Assembly (NCBI GenBank): GCA_000826855.1
Contig: JTLS01000038.1
Span: 1-39,131 of the forward strand
Direction: 5' to 3'
Length of the DNA stretch: 39,131 nucleotides
Source: Basidioascus undulatus
Lineage: Eukaryota
Numbering within the stretch: the first letter of the stretch is position 1; the number at the start of each line of letters is the position of its first letter. Positions 36,631 through 39,131 of the stretch are shown here, piece after piece. Both the position numbers and the translations under genes were made by a program. The notes under the pieces were generated by a model. That model saw only the letters and a program-made list of their open reading frames with translations, had not been told where the DNA came from and searched no databases.

Positions 36631-38898
36631 ATGAATCGCCTTCGCGACTCCAAGATATGGCGATATATCAATGGATCCGACGATGATTACCCCGTTGCAG
36701 CTCTGCGCGACGTCCACAAGAACGAAGCTCGGGTGGAAACCATCAAGACCGTCAGCTGGTTCCCTTGCGTACGCTCCGTCCTACTCGCGAATGGGCTCTT
36801 TTGGGATCTTTGCGCTCAATGAGGATACAGGCGTGCCTAATCAGTGGGACGGTATTACCTGTCGTCATTATACCGGTCCTCAACATTACCCTCGTACGTA
36901 GTTTGAGGCTCGATTAGAACCTGCGGCAGCCGCTGACCTCTTGGAAGAAGATTGCTGCTTTTGTTGCGTCTGTCACCCTCGTATACAAGAAGGATATTGG
37001 ACTAAGCTACTCTATGAGTAAGCTATTCCTTTCGAGCACCACCCTAGCGTACCTTCGAGCAGCTCACCGTCGTGGCAGTCCCGATCCTGTCCTTTATCGT
37101 CTCGCTCCTCCTGGTCTTCAAGAACTCGACAGCATACCATAGGTGTGTCGCGTCGTATTTCTCAAATAGGCGGACGTTGAATGAGTATTCGTGCAGATGG
37201 TACGAAGCCAGACAAACGTTTGGGACAGCATGCTCTTATGTCCGTGCAGCAACAGGCGCCCTCTTTTGGTTAAGGCTGAACATCGGGACGTTCCCCATAG
37301 ATACGCAACCTCTCTCGCCGCATATGGGCTGAGGCCCAGCCTCAAGAGAACCTCCCTATGATGCGGGAGCGGGTCTGCAAGGAGAAGCTGAGGGCGCTCC
37401 AACTCCTGTGAGTGAACTTCTGCATCCCCTTTCTCGGGAACTCCAGACTCAAAGCGCCGTGCTACGGGAAAGCGGATGCTTCATCATCTCCCTCAAGCAC
37501 TACGTGCGGGGCGAGCCCGGTCTGCACTGGGAGGACTACGAGGACTTTGTCCCCCCGGACTTCGACGCGTCCGTCAGCGGCTTTGGAGACCTCGCTTTCT
37601 TGGACATGCGCGCTGCTTCGACGATGCCCCCGCGTTCGCCGCCGCCCGACGCGCTGCCCAAACCCGACTTCCGCGACGAGGCTGCGTTTCCGTACAGCTC
37701 GATCCAGAGGAACGGCAGGGCTGCGAGAGAGGCACGGCCCCTACTCGTCACGACCCACCAGGACATCGATATGATTCATCTCCCGACTGGACCTTCCGTG
37801 CCATTGCCGCTCCTGTTCGTCATGTTTCTCTCCTAGCCTGGAGGACTGGAGGAAGTCCTGCTAATATAGATCCAACAGGGTGACGCTCGAGCTCACAGAG
37901 TGCATCGAGCGCTGGCGACGAGCTGGAATCGTTAGCAAGTCCGGTGCGTCGTCGGAGTGTCGCCGTTGCCTGCCCTGCTTCAGCTAAATGACTTTGCCTT
38001 GGGATAGCTGCGTCTGGTATGCAGAAATCTGTAGGCGATATGTGCGAGATAGTCATGCCCCACGAACGGGTGAGTAAGAGGCACGTCTTGCTTTAGGGTC
38101 TTCGCCTCACGTCAACCTCCCTTCTCTAGCTTGCAAGGACACCGGTGGTAGGTCGACATGCTTCCGTTGCAAATCCGACCCAACTCTGTTGGGATTAATG
38201 GAGATACACATGAACAGCCAATCATGTATTTCGTTCACCTCAAACAAGTCAGTACTAGTCTTCTTTTCGTCTTGTCATTCTAACTCTGAAAGGCCGGGAC
38301 AGTGTGTGCTCCTCTACCTCTGCGCCTTACCATTTGCCCTGGGTCCGCTTTCCTCCTCAGCCTCTGCTACTTCCACTGAAACCACTGCTAGTGGGCGAGA
38401 TGGGATGGATAATGGTCCCATTCGGTAAGTTAGGACCTCAGTGTCACGTGCCACGCTGCCTACAGGCCATGTTCACCGCTTTATCTCAGTCACTATCGTC
38501 GCGTTCACGCTGATGGGTGCGCACTCGAATTTTCCGATGTGGAGCGCCGAGGCAGCTGAAGAAGACTACTTCGCAAAGGCATCGAAACGATCTCATGGTG
38601 CGTTCATCCCAACCAGCCTCTGAAGCTTCATTAACTTCATTCCCCTCACAGGAAAATTGAGCGCCCCTTCAGTGCGTCCTCATCCTCTTCCCAAATGTCG
38701 GCATACTCACCATCCACTTCCAGAGAAAAGTAGGAACGGCGTCCCATTAGGTCACCATTCCCAGGGCTTGTTCGACCCTCAGGTAGCGTACTGATCCGGC
38801 ACCAGCGCCGCACAGATCTGTTCTGCGCAGACATCAAGGCGGAGTTGCGATACCTGTGGGAGGACATTCAGAGGCAGGCGGAGGGGGCACTGCCATGA
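36631..38898 (+). CDS. Bestrophin-like UPF0187/YneE-family anion channel, many small exons
   Basis: VPILSFIVSLLLVFKNSTAYHR|WYEARQTFG (family motif LLVFRxxxAYxRWWEGR), SLKHYVRGEPG, VHLKQCVLLYLCALPFAL, MGWIMVPF, VAFTLMGIETI..IERPF, DLFCADIKAEL. Exon boundaries near the 3' end are uncertain. Confidence 0.75.
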
Positions 38899-39131
38899 AG
38901 CTGGCTTGGAAGCAGCTACTACTGCCCCCCCGCTTAACAAGACTGCGCGTGGGTCAAGCCCTGAAAGATGGTGTTCGCGAGACATGCAAACCTTGCGCAG
39001 ACCGAAAACGCTTATAATCCTATATCACAAACACGAAGATCGCGATCTCCTCAGTCAGGTCCTAACTATACCCCCAAATCCGCTCCTCCCGGAGTCCTCG
39101 TCCCCGGCCCCCTGGATCTCCCCCCCGGCCT

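Noticed and set aside
1..39131. CRISPR arrays, tRNA/rRNA genes, intact transposons, prokaryotic operons
   Set aside because: None seen by eye; the DNA is eukaryotic and spliced. Small ncRNAs cannot be excluded without covariance-model searches.

Overview
Intron-dense, GC-rich fungal genomic DNA, most consistent with a basidiomycete (short 50-100 nt GT-AG introns, GTGCGT/GTGAGT/GTACGY donors, CTGAC/CTAAC branch sites). All gene models were spliced by eye and all family calls come from motif recognition, not database searches. Recognisable genes: MRD1 (multi-RRM pre-rRNA factor, -), a METTL16-family U6 m6A methyltransferase (-) head-to-head with an HRQ1/RecQ4 helicase (+), a GSTFuA/LigE-like glutathione transferase (+), a nitrile-specifier-like Kelch protein (+), a membrane-anchored histidine acid phosphatase/phytase (+) and a bestrophin-like UPF0187 channel (+). 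Between them lie decaying F-box/LRR-like copies and a degenerate Zn2Cys6 remnant. The most striking feature is a local family of three bZIP paralogs, which the ORF track does not assemble because an intron splits the basic region at the same point in each. The normally invariant DNA-contacting Asn is N in copy 1, G in copy 2 and H in copy 3. Other notable points: a GC-AG intron inside the SAM-binding motif of METTL16, a start codon split by an intron in MRD1, and a 3-nt micro-exon in HRQ1.
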